A stretch of 64,000 bases of DNA, from assembly GCA_035566835.1 (NCBI GenBank), contig DATMQG010000039.1:1524-65523 (forward strand). The letters run 5' to 3'. The notes under the pieces are model-generated. The model saw only the letters and a list, made by a program, of their open reading frames with translations, did not search any database and had not been told where the DNA came from. Source of the DNA: Solirubrobacteraceae bacterium. Lineage in GTDB: Bacteria; Actinomycetota; Thermoleophilia; Solirubrobacterales; Solirubrobacteraceae. The position numbers and the translations under genes were made by a program. Below, piece by piece: positions 19,618 to 28,349 of this stretch (its first letter is position 1; every line of letters starts with the position of its first letter).

Positions 19618-20345
19618 TGACCGTACTCGAGGCGCTCGGCTAGAGAGTCAGGCAGGCGCGCGGCGCGGATCGCCGCCGCCGCCCCGGCCACGTCGTACGC
19701 GGCACGATGATAGGACGCGATGAGGCCGTCCAGGTCCAGCAGCAGCCAGCCGGCGCGCGGGTCGCCGTCGCGCGGCTGCCCCACGCTGCCCGGATTCAGA
19801 AGCCACTCGCCGTCGGCGAGGTCGACCTGCGCGCCGTCGCGCTGCGGCTCCCCGGTCGTGAGGTCGCCGGCGCGGCGGACGAACGAGAGCGCGACATGAG
19901 AATGGCCGATCAGGGAGACGCGCTGGCGCTGCGCGTCGAGGCACAGCTCGGCGAGCAGCGAAGAGACCACGTACTCCCAGACGGGGTCGCGGGGACTCGC
20001 GTGGTAGAGCCCGATCTCGCCCTCCTCACCCTGCGGGGTCAGGCTGCGCAGGAAGGCGAGGTTCTCCGGCGCGATCACCTCCTGGGTCCACTCCGCCGCG
20101 AGGCTCGCTCCGCGCGAGAACTCATCCAGCGGGATGTCGCCGGTGACGGCCAGGTCGTGGTTCCCGGCCAGGCACACCGCCGCGTGCTCGCGGGCCAGTG
20201 CCACGCAGGCGTCCGGCTCGGCTCCGTAGCCGACGAGATCGCCGAGGCACCAGACCTCGGCCGCGCTGCTGTCGGCGATCGCCTCGAGGGTCGCCTCGAA
20301 GGCGTGCCGATTGCCATGTATGTCCGAGACGACGGCGACCTGCAT
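19614..20345 (-). CDS. Metallophosphoesterase (calcineurin-like)
   Basis: SDIHGN, GDLVGYG, GNHD, GHSH, NPGSVGQPRDGDPRA; start MQVAVVSD at 20345. Confidence 0.92.
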   Translation of the reverse strand: MQVAVVSDIHGNRHAFEATLEAIADSSAAEVWCLGDLVGYGAEPDACVALAREHAAVCLAGNHDLAVTGDIPLDEFSRGASLAAEWTQEVIAPENLAFLRSLTPQGEEGEIGLYHASPRDPVWEYVVSSLLAELCLDAQRQRVSLIGHSHVALSFVRRAGDLTTGEPQRDGAQVDLADGEWLLNPGSVGQPRDGDPRAGWLLLDLDGLIASYHRAAYDVAGAAAAIRAARLPDSLAERLEYGQ

Positions 20346-20450
20346 CCTAGGAGGGTACGAACACCGCTCATCCGCAGCCGTTCCAGGCCCGCGGTGCACG
20401 GTCCGGGGCAGCCCGACTCTTCGCCGGGGTCGCGCCGGTTGCGCGGAGTC

Positions 20451-20768
20451 CTACGAGTCCTCTGATGCGCTCTCCGACCCGCCGTACTCGGGCAGGTTCT
20501 TGATGCCCTCGCGGGTAAGCCACTTGGAGTAGTTGTCCTCCATCGCATCGATCAGCTCGCGCATGAAGCGAGGGGAGAGGTTGACACGCGAGACGACCAC
20601 CCCGGGGACCTCCTCGGACTCGACCTCGTGGTCGACTCGCGCGAAGGTGATGGTGAACTCGTAGTCGGAGTGGCTGACGTTCGCGAAGTTCGCGTATACG
20701 CCCCCCATGATCTCGGGGGAGAGATGGATGTTTATGTGGCGCTCGGCGCCTGAGTCTTGGTCGTTCAC
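20451..20768 (-). CDS. DUF3467-like small acidic protein
   Basis: GGVYANFANVSHSDYEFTITFA...VVSRVNLSP pattern; start GTG at 20768. Confidence 0.8.
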   Translation of the reverse strand: MNDQDSGAERHINIHLSPEIMGGVYANFANVSHSDYEFTITFARVDHEVESEEVPGVVVSRVNLSPRFMRELIDAMEDNYSKWLTREGIKNLPEYGGSESASEDS

Positions 20769-20800
20769 GTAGCTAGTATCGCAAGCCCCGCCCACGGAAC

Positions 20801-22543
20801 ATGACAGAGCCCTCAGCCAGCGATGAGAAATCCCCCCACGGACAGCTCGTGAGTGGCCCGCTCCCAACGCCGCTCGACAGCCTGCGGGAGGCTCTGCTCG
20901 GGGCCGCAGACGAGCTCACCGACGGGCGTGAGCGACGTGACGGCGCGCCCGCGGGCGCTGCCCGGCAAATCGGCGCCGGCCGAGACTCGATCACGCTCGA
21001 GCGCCCGCGCCGAGCCGAGTTCGGCGACTACTCGACCAACGCCGCCCTCGTCCTGGCACCCGCGCTCGGCGCGACTCCGCGCGAGCTGGCCGCCCGCCTC
21101 GGCGACGCTCTCCAGGAGCGGCTGGGGGCTAGCCTCGAGCGCTTCGAGGTCGCGGGTCCCGGCTTTCTCAACCTGTTTCTCGCCGATTCCTGGCTGCGGG
21201 CGGCGCTCGGGCAGATGCTCGCCGCGGGCGAGGAGTTCGGCTCCGGCCTGGCTCGCCGGCGGGAGCGCGTGCTGGTGGAATTCGTGTCGGCCAACCCGAC
21301 GGGGCCGATGCACGTCGGCCACGCGCGCAACGCTGCCTACGGCGACTCCCTCGCGCGCATCATCGCGTTCCACGGCCACCACGTCGAGCGCGAGTTCTAC
21401 GTCAACGACGCCGGCTCTCAGATACGCAAGCTCGGCGAGTCGATTCAGGCGCTCGCGCGAGGCGAAGAGGTGCCCGAGGACGGCTATAAGGCCGAATATG
21501 TCGTCAAGCTCGCGGCGAGCCTGCCGACCGCCTCGGAGGCCGACCCGGCGGAGCTGGGGCGCGCCGCGGTTGGGCAGATGGTGGCGGACATGAAGGTCTC
21601 GCTCTCTGCCTTCAACGTCGAGGCGTTCGACCACTGGCAGTATGAGAGCGAACTGCACGAGGGTGAGCCCAGCCCGGTCGAGCATACGCTCGCGATCCTC
21701 GAGCAACAGGGGCACACCTACCGCAGCGATGGGGCGCTGTGGCTGCGCACCACCGAGTTCGGCGACGACAAGGATCGCGTGCTCGTGCGTTCGAACGGCG
21801 AGCACACGTACTTCGCGTCTGACATCGCCTACCACGAGGCCAGGCGCGAGCGCGGCTTCGATCGCCAGATCGACGTCTGGGGGGCCGACCACCATGGCTA
21901 CGTCGCCCGCATGAAGGCGGCCTACGAGGCCTTGGGCGGCGACCCGGGTGAGCTCGAGCTGCTGATCATGCAACTGGTTCATCTGGTGCGTTCGGGAGAC
22001 CGCGCCCAGATGTCAAAGCGCGCCGGCGAGTTCGTCACGCTGGACGAGCTGATGGCCGAGATCGGCGTCGACGCGGCGCGCTGGTACCTGCTCGCGCGCT
22101 CCCACGACACGACTGTCGACCTCGACCTCGACCTTGCACGCGAGGAGTCGAGCGAGAACCCGGTCTACTACGTGCAGTACGCGCACGCGCGCATCGCCTC
22201 GATCCTCGCCAGGGCGGGGGCCCCGCGTGTGGAGGCGGCACTCGCGGCGCTCGGCGACTCGGAGTCCGCCCCGGTGCACGCGGCCGAGCGCGCTCTGATC
22301 GAGCTGCTGCTCGCCTTCCCGCTCGACGTGCTCGAGGCAGCCGACCGGCGCGCGCCGCACCGCATCACGGCCTACGCGCTCGAGCTCGCCCAGGCCTTCA
22401 CGGCCTTCTATCGGGACTGCCGCGTCATCGGCGCCGAGTCGGAGAGCGTGGAGTCCTTCCGCATCGCCTTGTGCGTCGCGAGTGCCCGGCTGATCGCCCG
22501 CTCGCTGGATCTGCTCGGGGTGAGCGCCCCGGACGCGATGTAG
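20801..22543 (+). CDS. argS: Arginine--tRNA ligase
   Basis: EFVSANPTGPMHVGHAR, GADHHGY, MSKRAGEF, NPVYYVQYAHAR. Confidence 0.97.
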   Translation: MTEPSASDEKSPHGQLVSGPLPTPLDSLREALLGAADELTDGRERRDGAPAGAARQIGAGRDSITLERPRRAEFGDYSTNAALVLAPALGATPRELAARLGDALQERLGASLERFEVAGPGFLNLFLADSWLRAALGQMLAAGEEFGSGLARRRERVLVEFVSANPTGPMHVGHARNAAYGDSLARIIAFHGHHVEREFYVNDAGSQIRKLGESIQALARGEEVPEDGYKAEYVVKLAASLPTASEADPAELGRAAVGQMVADMKVSLSAFNVEAFDHWQYESELHEGEPSPVEHTLAILEQQGHTYRSDGALWLRTTEFGDDKDRVLVRSNGEHTYFASDIAYHEARRERGFDRQIDVWGADHHGYVARMKAAYEALGGDPGELELLIMQLVHLVRSGDRAQMSKRAGEFVTLDELMAEIGVDAARWYLLARSHDTTVDLDLDLAREESSENPVYYVQYAHARIASILARAGAPRVEAALAALGDSESAPVHAAERALIELLLAFPLDVLEAADRRAPHRITAYALELAQAFTAFYRDCRVIGAESESVESFRIALCVASARLIARSLDLLGVSAPDAM

Positions 22544-22553
22544 CCAACCGCGC

Positions 22554-23027
22554 TCAGTTGAAGCGCGCGAGATCGGAGTCCAGGCGCTCAGCGTCGGTCG
22601 CATCGAGCCTGGGCGGCGGGGCCGGCTCCTCGTGGCCCTCGCGGGCACGGCGGCGCCAGCGCGGAAGCAGCAGCGCCAGCAGCGCCAGCAGCCCAACCAC
22701 CACCGCGAGCGGTACGAGATAGGCGGCGAGGTCGAAGCCGTGAGTGCTCGGCAGGCCGAGCACCGCCGCGCCGTACTGTGCGACGAGCGATCGCTTGATC
22801 TGCGTTTCGCTGTTGCCCTGGGCGATCAGGCCCCGGATGAACACTCGCTCGCGGTCCGCCTGCTGGGACTCGGCGACGTTGAGCGGGATTTTGCAGCTGA
22901 CGCACATCACCTGGCGTTCGATCACCGGCAGCGAGGGGCTTGGCGCGGCGGTCGATGCAGCCGGGGCGGCGATCCCGCCCGCGGCGAGTCCGGCGACCAC
23001 GAGCAGCAGGGCGGCCGGGCGGTTCAC
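22554..23027 (-). CDS. Cytochrome c biogenesis CcmH/NrfF-like protein
   Basis: Signal peptide, MCVSC, LVAQYGAAVLGLP, C-terminal TM; GTG at 23027 overlaps the TlpA stop. Confidence 0.8.
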   Translation of the reverse strand: MNRPAALLLVVAGLAAGGIAAPAASTAAPSPSLPVIERQVMCVSCKIPLNVAESQQADRERVFIRGLIAQGNSETQIKRSLVAQYGAAVLGLPSTHGFDLAAYLVPLAVVVGLLALLALLLPRWRRRAREGHEEPAPPPRLDATDAERLDSDLARFN

Positions 23028-23581
23028 GAGGACTGCGCGAGCGCCACCGCGCGGTCGAGGAACGACTGGTCGATCTCCCCGCGGCTGAGCGCCCGGATGT
23101 TGCCCTGACGATCGACGAGGAAGCTCTCCGGAAGCTGGTCGGTGCCGTAGGCGTGCGCGAAGGAACCGTCCGCGTCGCGCAGATTGGGGTAGGCGAGGTG
23201 GTATTTGCGCACGAAGCGCAGGGAGTCGGGCGACGCATCGAGGTAGGTCACGCCGAGCACCGTGCCATTGTGGCGCGCGAGCGCGCTCTGAGCGCGTTGC
23301 AGGAGCGGCGCCTCGACCTGGCATGGTTCACACCACGACGCCCAGAAGTTCAGCACCACGACCTTGCCCCTCAGCGAGGCCAGCGAGCTCGTGCCGGAAC
23401 CGCCGAGCAGCGGCAGCGTGCGGGTGGCCTGCGGCGCCGACGGGCGCCCCTGGTGCGCGACCGATTCATCGAGCGTGCGGCTGGCCGAGCGCGCGGACAC
23501 GCCGTAGACCAGGAGCCCGACGACGCAGGCTCCGAGGAGCGAGGAGAGGATCGGCACGGCGCGGCGTCTCACGACCATCAA
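23024..23581 (-). CDS. TlpA/CcmG/ResA-like thiol-disulfide oxidoreductase
   Basis: LNFWASWCEPC, LPESFLVD, N-terminal anchor. Confidence 0.9.
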   Translation of the reverse strand: MMVVRRRAVPILSSLLGACVVGLLVYGVSARSASRTLDESVAHQGRPSAPQATRTLPLLGGSGTSSLASLRGKVVVLNFWASWCEPCQVEAPLLQRAQSALARHNGTVLGVTYLDASPDSLRFVRKYHLAYPNLRDADGSFAHAYGTDQLPESFLVDRQGNIRALSRGEIDQSFLDRAVALAQSS

Positions 23582-23774
23582 GACTAAAGGCGATCAGGTG
23601 CGTTGGAACGGGTGAGCAAGTTCAAGTGGGACCGTCCCGGGAGCCTGCTGAGCCCCTGCGCTCTGCTCGGGCTTGCGAAACAGCGCGGCCCCGGGGCGGC
23701 CTATCCCTCAGAGCTCGCCGGGGGGAGGCGAGACCCCGAGACTCCACTGTAGCTACGAGCGTGCCGCTCCTCGC

Positions 23775-24566
23775 CTATAGGTTGGATTTGATGCTGCCTC
23801 CATCCACCTGGTAGACGGCGCCCGTGATGTATGAGGCCTGCTCCGAGGCGAGGAACGCGACGAGGTGACCGAGCTCGATCGGGTCACCGAGGCGTCCTAG
23901 GGGGATCGTGGCGGCGAGGGGTGCGAGCTGTTCTAGGACCGTCTTGTCTATGTGCGCGGTGCCGCTGGCCAGGCTCGGGTGGATGCGGGACGTGAGGAAC
24001 CTCCCCGGAAGCACCAGGTTGATCGTGATCCCAACCTTCGCGAGGTCGGGCATCATCGCCTTCATCAGCCCGGCGATGCCCGGGCGGATCCCGTTCGAGA
24101 GGTCGATGTGCTCGACCGGCTCCTTCACGGAACTCGACTGGATCCCGATGATGCGCCCCCACCGCTTCTCGCGCATGTGCGGTACGACCTCGCGGACCAA
24201 GCGCACGAAGCTCAGCGTCACAAGCTCGAACGCTTGGCGCCAGTCGTCGTCCGTGAGGTCCGGGAAGCGGCCCAGCGCCGGGCCACCGGAATTGTTGACG
24301 AGAACGTCGACCGCGCCGAAATGCTCGACCGTCGCCGCAACGACGCGTCGGATGTCCTCTGCGCTCGTGAGGTCGGCCGGCACGGCGAGTACCTCGGTGC
24401 GCGTTTCACGTCGGATCTCCTCGGCGGCCGCTTCGAGATCCGCCGCAGTCCGCGCGCACACTGTGACGCGCGCACCCTCCCGTGCAAGTGCGAGCGCCGA
24501 CGCCTTTCCGAGACCCTTGCTCGATGCGGCGACGACCGCCACCTTGCCGTTCAGCCCGAGATCCAC
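23775..24566 (-). CDS. SDR family oxidoreductase
   Basis: VDLGLNGKVAVVAASSKGLG, NNSGGP, LSNGIRPG, VDGG. Confidence 0.9.
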   Translation of the reverse strand: MDLGLNGKVAVVAASSKGLGKASALALAREGARVTVCARTAADLEAAAEEIRRETRTEVLAVPADLTSAEDIRRVVAATVEHFGAVDVLVNNSGGPALGRFPDLTDDDWRQAFELVTLSFVRLVREVVPHMREKRWGRIIGIQSSSVKEPVEHIDLSNGIRPGIAGLMKAMMPDLAKVGITINLVLPGRFLTSRIHPSLASGTAHIDKTVLEQLAPLAATIPLGRLGDPIELGHLVAFLASEQASYITGAVYQVDGGSIKSNL

Positions 24567-25006
24567 ACATCTCTCCAGTTCGATCCGACCGTCGCGCGCT
24601 CGCGCGCCGGCCGACTGTAGCGAGTCCGAACGGCGGCTAATCGTGTCGAGGAGTAGATGCAGCGGCCCCGACACATCGCAAGATGCCGGGGCCGCTCGCG
24701 GGCGCCGGAGGGGTTAGGCGCGCCCGCGTCCAGCCCTCCATGGCCGAAGCTGATGACCCCGAACCAAAGCGCCTCCTCGGCTTCTCCGAGTTGTTCCTCG
24801 AACACGCACGGGCACGGCCCCTCCTCGTCGCGCTGTGATGGCTGGCTGGGCCGCTTGGACGGCCCAGCCAGTAACCCCCCCGCACAACGGTTTACACCAT
24901 ACTCCTCGTGCGTGGGCCGCTGCTCGCCGAGTGGAAGTGCGAGGCCTTCGCCCCGGCCTCGGAGGAGCAGACCATCATTGCGCGTGCCGTGACTGAGCGC
25001 GGCCGG

Positions 25007-25567
25007 TCAATGCCGGGCGAGCTCGGCGTCGAGCTGGTCGACAAGCGGCGAGCCGGGCAGGCGCTCCCGCAGAAGCTCGAGGCAAAGCTTGTAGTACGCG
25101 AGTCGCCGTTTCGAGGACCGACGGCCGCGGCGTGAGCGCTGAACCTCGAGGTGCAGCTCCCTGGCCTTGGAAATCTTGTCCGCAGCGAACAGCATCAGGG
25201 CCTCTTCACCAGCCTCGGCCACCTGATGGCGAAGCGCGCCCTTGCGCTCGGCGTAGCCAGGGATGTGCTCGTCCTCGCTGACCGCCAGCACGAGCGCTGC
25301 GATCGTGCTCCCGAAGCGCCGGCGCAGGTCGAAGCCGGTGACCGGAGTCTTCTCGATCACGTCGTGCAGTGCGCCAGCGGCGATGAGATGGTCCGGTGCG
25401 CCCGCCGCGTAGAGGAGCGAAGCTACCTCGCGCGGGTGAGTGATGAACGGCGCGCCATCTACCTCGCGCACCTGGCCTCGGTGCTGGTCACGCGCGTAGA
25501 CAAGTGCGGCGCGCGTCTGCGGCAGCCCAGGAACCGACACGGGAATGCCCCTCAACCCCACTCCCAT
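25007..25567 (-). CDS. HD-domain protein resembling small alarmone hydrolases (Mesh1/SpoT HD fold) with substituted motifs
   Basis: HRGQVR, PFITHP, LHDVIEKT, ADKISK. Confidence 0.8.
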   Translation of the reverse strand: MGVGLRGIPVSVPGLPQTRAALVYARDQHRGQVREVDGAPFITHPREVASLLYAAGAPDHLIAAGALHDVIEKTPVTGFDLRRRFGSTIAALVLAVSEDEHIPGYAERKGALRHQVAEAGEEALMLFAADKISKARELHLEVQRSRRGRRSSKRRLAYYKLCLELLRERLPGSPLVDQLDAELARH

Positions 25568-25589
25568 CGGTCAAAGCTAGCCCAAGCTC

Positions 25590-25639
25590 CGCAATATGCG
25601 TGAAAAGCGTCCGCAGAATCTTCGCAATATGCGAGAAAA
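25590..25639. promoter_or_regulatory. Pair of palindromic operator-like sites
   Basis: cgcaatatgcgtgaaaa (25590-25606) and cgcaatatgcgagaaaa (25623-25639), 33-bp period. Confidence 0.6.
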
Positions 25640-25970
25640 ACGGAGTGTTACAGCCGCTCGTAACCGTCCAGAGATGGGGCGCGCGGTCCAACGTCCGGAA
25701 CAGGCGCGCACTGAGCTGAGCGCCGTCGCAACTCGTCGATAACGCCCGAAGCCCGGCGCACGCTCTCTGGCGGGGTGCGGCCGGGCTGTTCCGTTCGGCG
25801 AGGCCTCCCTCCTCGGGCCTTGTTGCCGTCGGGCGGCAGCGGCGCTGGGCTGGGGGAAACAAGGCCAGCGCGGCTGCGTTCGGCAACGCTACGACCTTGG
25901 TGGGGCGGGGTTGTTACCGCTCTGAGATCGTGCTTGGCCAGCCAGCCAGCGTAAGGAGTATGCTCAGTGC

Positions 25971-26042
25971 TGACGGATCAGGTGTGCTTGCCGAATCCTC
26001 CTCCTGCGAGGAGCCTACCTAGGCGGTGGGCTCCTCGTTTTT
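25971..26042 (+). ncRNA. Candidate ~70-nt small RNA with anti-SD motif
   Basis: TGGCCA-N18-TATGCT upstream, TCCTCCTCCT tract, intrinsic terminator; 5' end approximate. Confidence 0.35.
26007..26042 (+). terminator. Intrinsic terminator
   Basis: 13-bp stem cgaggagcctacc/ggtgggctcctcg (one G-U), 5-nt loop, followed by TTTTT. Confidence 0.75.
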
Positions 26043-26186
26043 GGCTCGGCGATGGAGGGCCGAGCTGGCCTGGCGACGCTGCGGTTGAGCCGCAGGCGCC
26101 GGACGCGATCGGGCGTTCGCGCCCGCGAACTGGCGCAGCCCGGAGGCCTCGAAAACCCCGTGCTCGCGGGTAATATGGCCGTCTGC

Positions 26187-26259
26187 GCGGCGATAGCTCA
26201 GTTGGTAGAGCGCAAGCTTCCCAAGCTTGAGGTCGCGGGTTCGAGACCCGTTCGCCGCT
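26187..26259 (+). tRNA. tRNA-Gly (CCC)
   Basis: Acceptor GCGGCGA/TCGCCGC, D arm GCTC/GAGC, anticodon arm CAAGC-TTCCCAA-GCTTG, T loop TTCGAGA; CCA not encoded; TAATAT -10 at 26171-26176. Confidence 0.97.
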
Positions 26260-26529
26260 CTCGTTGCCAGAGCCAGATTGCGCGCTCTGGCGCCGCCGAT
26301 CGCGCAAGCGGCAAGTAAGGGACGCAGCCGATTGAGAACAACATCGGGCCAACCGGCGGGGGGCCGCCGTGGGCGGTCCATACTGCCTCCGGCTCAACCG
26401 TTTATGTCATGGTTTGCGGAGCCTCAGGCGATCTGACCCACGCGAAAGGAGTTGAGACGGTGCTGAGCCTCACCTGCCTTGACGGGGTCAAGGCGCACGT
26501 CGGCGGGAGCTTGGCGTGAGCGCGACCGC

Positions 26530-28338
26530 GTGAGTTCGGTGCTTTCCCGAGGCGCTCGGGTCCGGCTCCCGACGCCCACGCTGATCGACGTCGCGATCGC
26601 GACGCTTGCCGTTCTACTGATCGCCTCACCGGTGCTGTTCACGAGCGACGGGTTTACGCCCGACTTCATCAACGCGATCTGGCTCGTCGGCCATCAGCAG
26701 CACGTGATCGCCGCGCATCTGCATCCGACGCTGTTCCTGCAGACGCAACAGGGCGTGTTCTCACCGGAGTTCGCGTTCTTTGGCGGAACGCTGTTCGCGC
26801 TCACTGGGGCGCTCGGCGTGGTTCTCGGGGGGTCGACGATCCTGGCGTTCGAAGCTGTGACGCTGGCCGCGATCGCGGCGGCCTACGGCGGGATCTTCTG
26901 GCTCGCGCGGCAGCTCGGCGTGCGCGGAGTGCTTGCCCACGCGCCGGCGCTCGTGTTCGTGACGAGCGCCTACTACGTCACGGACCTCTACGGACGGGGA
27001 GCGTGGGAGGAATTCACGGCCGTCTCGATGTTGCCGCTCGTGCTCGCGGCGTCGCTGCGCCTTGTGCGCGGTCGCTTTAGCGTCGGGCCGGTCGTGTGCC
27101 TGGTGGCGGCGAGTGCGGTGTTCAGCGGCAGCCACAACATCACGCTCCTGTGGGGCACGACGCTCGCAGTTGTGGCGCTCGCCGTGTACTGGCTGGCGAG
27201 CGGGCGCTCGCGCGAGCTGCCGTGGGGGCGGATGCTCGCCGTCGCTTCACTGATCGCGCTCGGCGTCCTCCTGAACGGCTGGTTTTTGCTCCCCGACATC
27301 AGTTACGCACACAACACGATCGTCAGCAGTGAACGCGTCTCGTGGAGCGTGACGGCGTTCTTCAACACGTTCGGGGTGATCTTCGACCCGCTACGAACAG
27401 TGCCAAGCGAATCGGGGACTCCAGCGCTCTACGTTCAGGCTCCGGTGCTGGCGCTCGTCTGGGGCCTCCTCGCGCTGCCGCTCGTGTGGCGGGAGCGGCG
27501 TTTGCGGGCCGGCGTAGCAACGGCGCTGATCGTGCTTGCCGGCCTGCTCGTGGTGATTATGTCCTCGGGTGCGTGGTCACTGCTCCCAACCCCCTTTCAG
27601 CTGACCCAGTTCGCCTTCCGCCTGCAGACCTACGTGACCCTGGCCTGCGCGGGGCTCGTCCTGTTGGGCGCCATGGCGCTCACGCGCCGGGCCCAGACCG
27701 GGCGCGCCACGCGCACAGACCGCGCCCTCGCGATCGGGTTGGGGCTCGCTGTCGCGTTCGGCGTGGCGCTATCCGCGTGGCAGCTGTGGGTTCCGAACAC
27801 GCAGGGATTCCGGAAATCCCAAACCGAGCCGTATTTTTGGAAATTCTCTTCAAACCGGGCCGCCATCCTGCGGGGCCCGCAGACGCTCCTCCCCCAGTCG
27901 TGGTACGCGCAGAACCAGTTTGAGGATCGCAGTCTCCCGGTCCTTCCCACGACGGGCCAGTTCACGTTCGACCCGACGCAGCTGGAGGACAACCGGCTCG
28001 CCGGCTCGGTCTTGTTTCCCGCGGGCCTCCAGCCTTTTGCCACGAACATCGCCGGTGGTCCCTACCTCGTCCACGTCGGCGGAGGGGCGCGCGTCGTCGG
28101 GCGGACCGAAGAAGGCAACCTCGTGCTCCAACGCACGACGGACGGATCCCAGCCCGTCCCCGTCGAACTAAGGGCCCAGCTCAGCGCGCCCGTGGTGCTG
28201 GGTCGGATCGCGACGGCGGTATCGGCTGCGCTCCTTTTGGCGTTGGCCGTAACCGCCGCCATCCGGCACCGGCGACGGCGCTCGGCGACTCGCCCGTCGC
28301 CCGCAGGAGACGCGACTCCTCAGGCGCGTCCCTCTTAG
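26530..28338 (+). CDS. GT-C-like polytopic membrane protein, paralogue A (PTPS-related/YfhO-like)
   Basis: Many TM helices; DGFxxDxxN first loop, LYGRGAWEEF, SHNITLL, GWFLLP, QFAFRL; start inferred at the shared GTG AGT. Confidence 0.75.
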   Translation: MSSVLSRGARVRLPTPTLIDVAIATLAVLLIASPVLFTSDGFTPDFINAIWLVGHQQHVIAAHLHPTLFLQTQQGVFSPEFAFFGGTLFALTGALGVVLGGSTILAFEAVTLAAIAAAYGGIFWLARQLGVRGVLAHAPALVFVTSAYYVTDLYGRGAWEEFTAVSMLPLVLAASLRLVRGRFSVGPVVCLVAASAVFSGSHNITLLWGTTLAVVALAVYWLASGRSRELPWGRMLAVASLIALGVLLNGWFLLPDISYAHNTIVSSERVSWSVTAFFNTFGVIFDPLRTVPSESGTPALYVQAPVLALVWGLLALPLVWRERRLRAGVATALIVLAGLLVVIMSSGAWSLLPTPFQLTQFAFRLQTYVTLACAGLVLLGAMALTRRAQTGRATRTDRALAIGLGLAVAFGVALSAWQLWVPNTQGFRKSQTEPYFWKFSSNRAAILRGPQTLLPQSWYAQNQFEDRSLPVLPTTGQFTFDPTQLEDNRLAGSVLFPAGLQPFATNIAGGPYLVHVGGGARVVGRTEEGNLVLQRTTDGSQPVPVELRAQLSAPVVLGRIATAVSAALLLALAVTAAIRHRRRRSATRPSPAGDATPQARPS

Positions 28339-28349
28339 GTGGCTCGACA

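Noticed and set aside
25967-26173. 68-aa ORF with an upstream AGGAG
   Set aside because: It crosses a strong terminator, ends in the tRNA promoter and has no protein-like features. Kept only as the alternative to the sRNA model.
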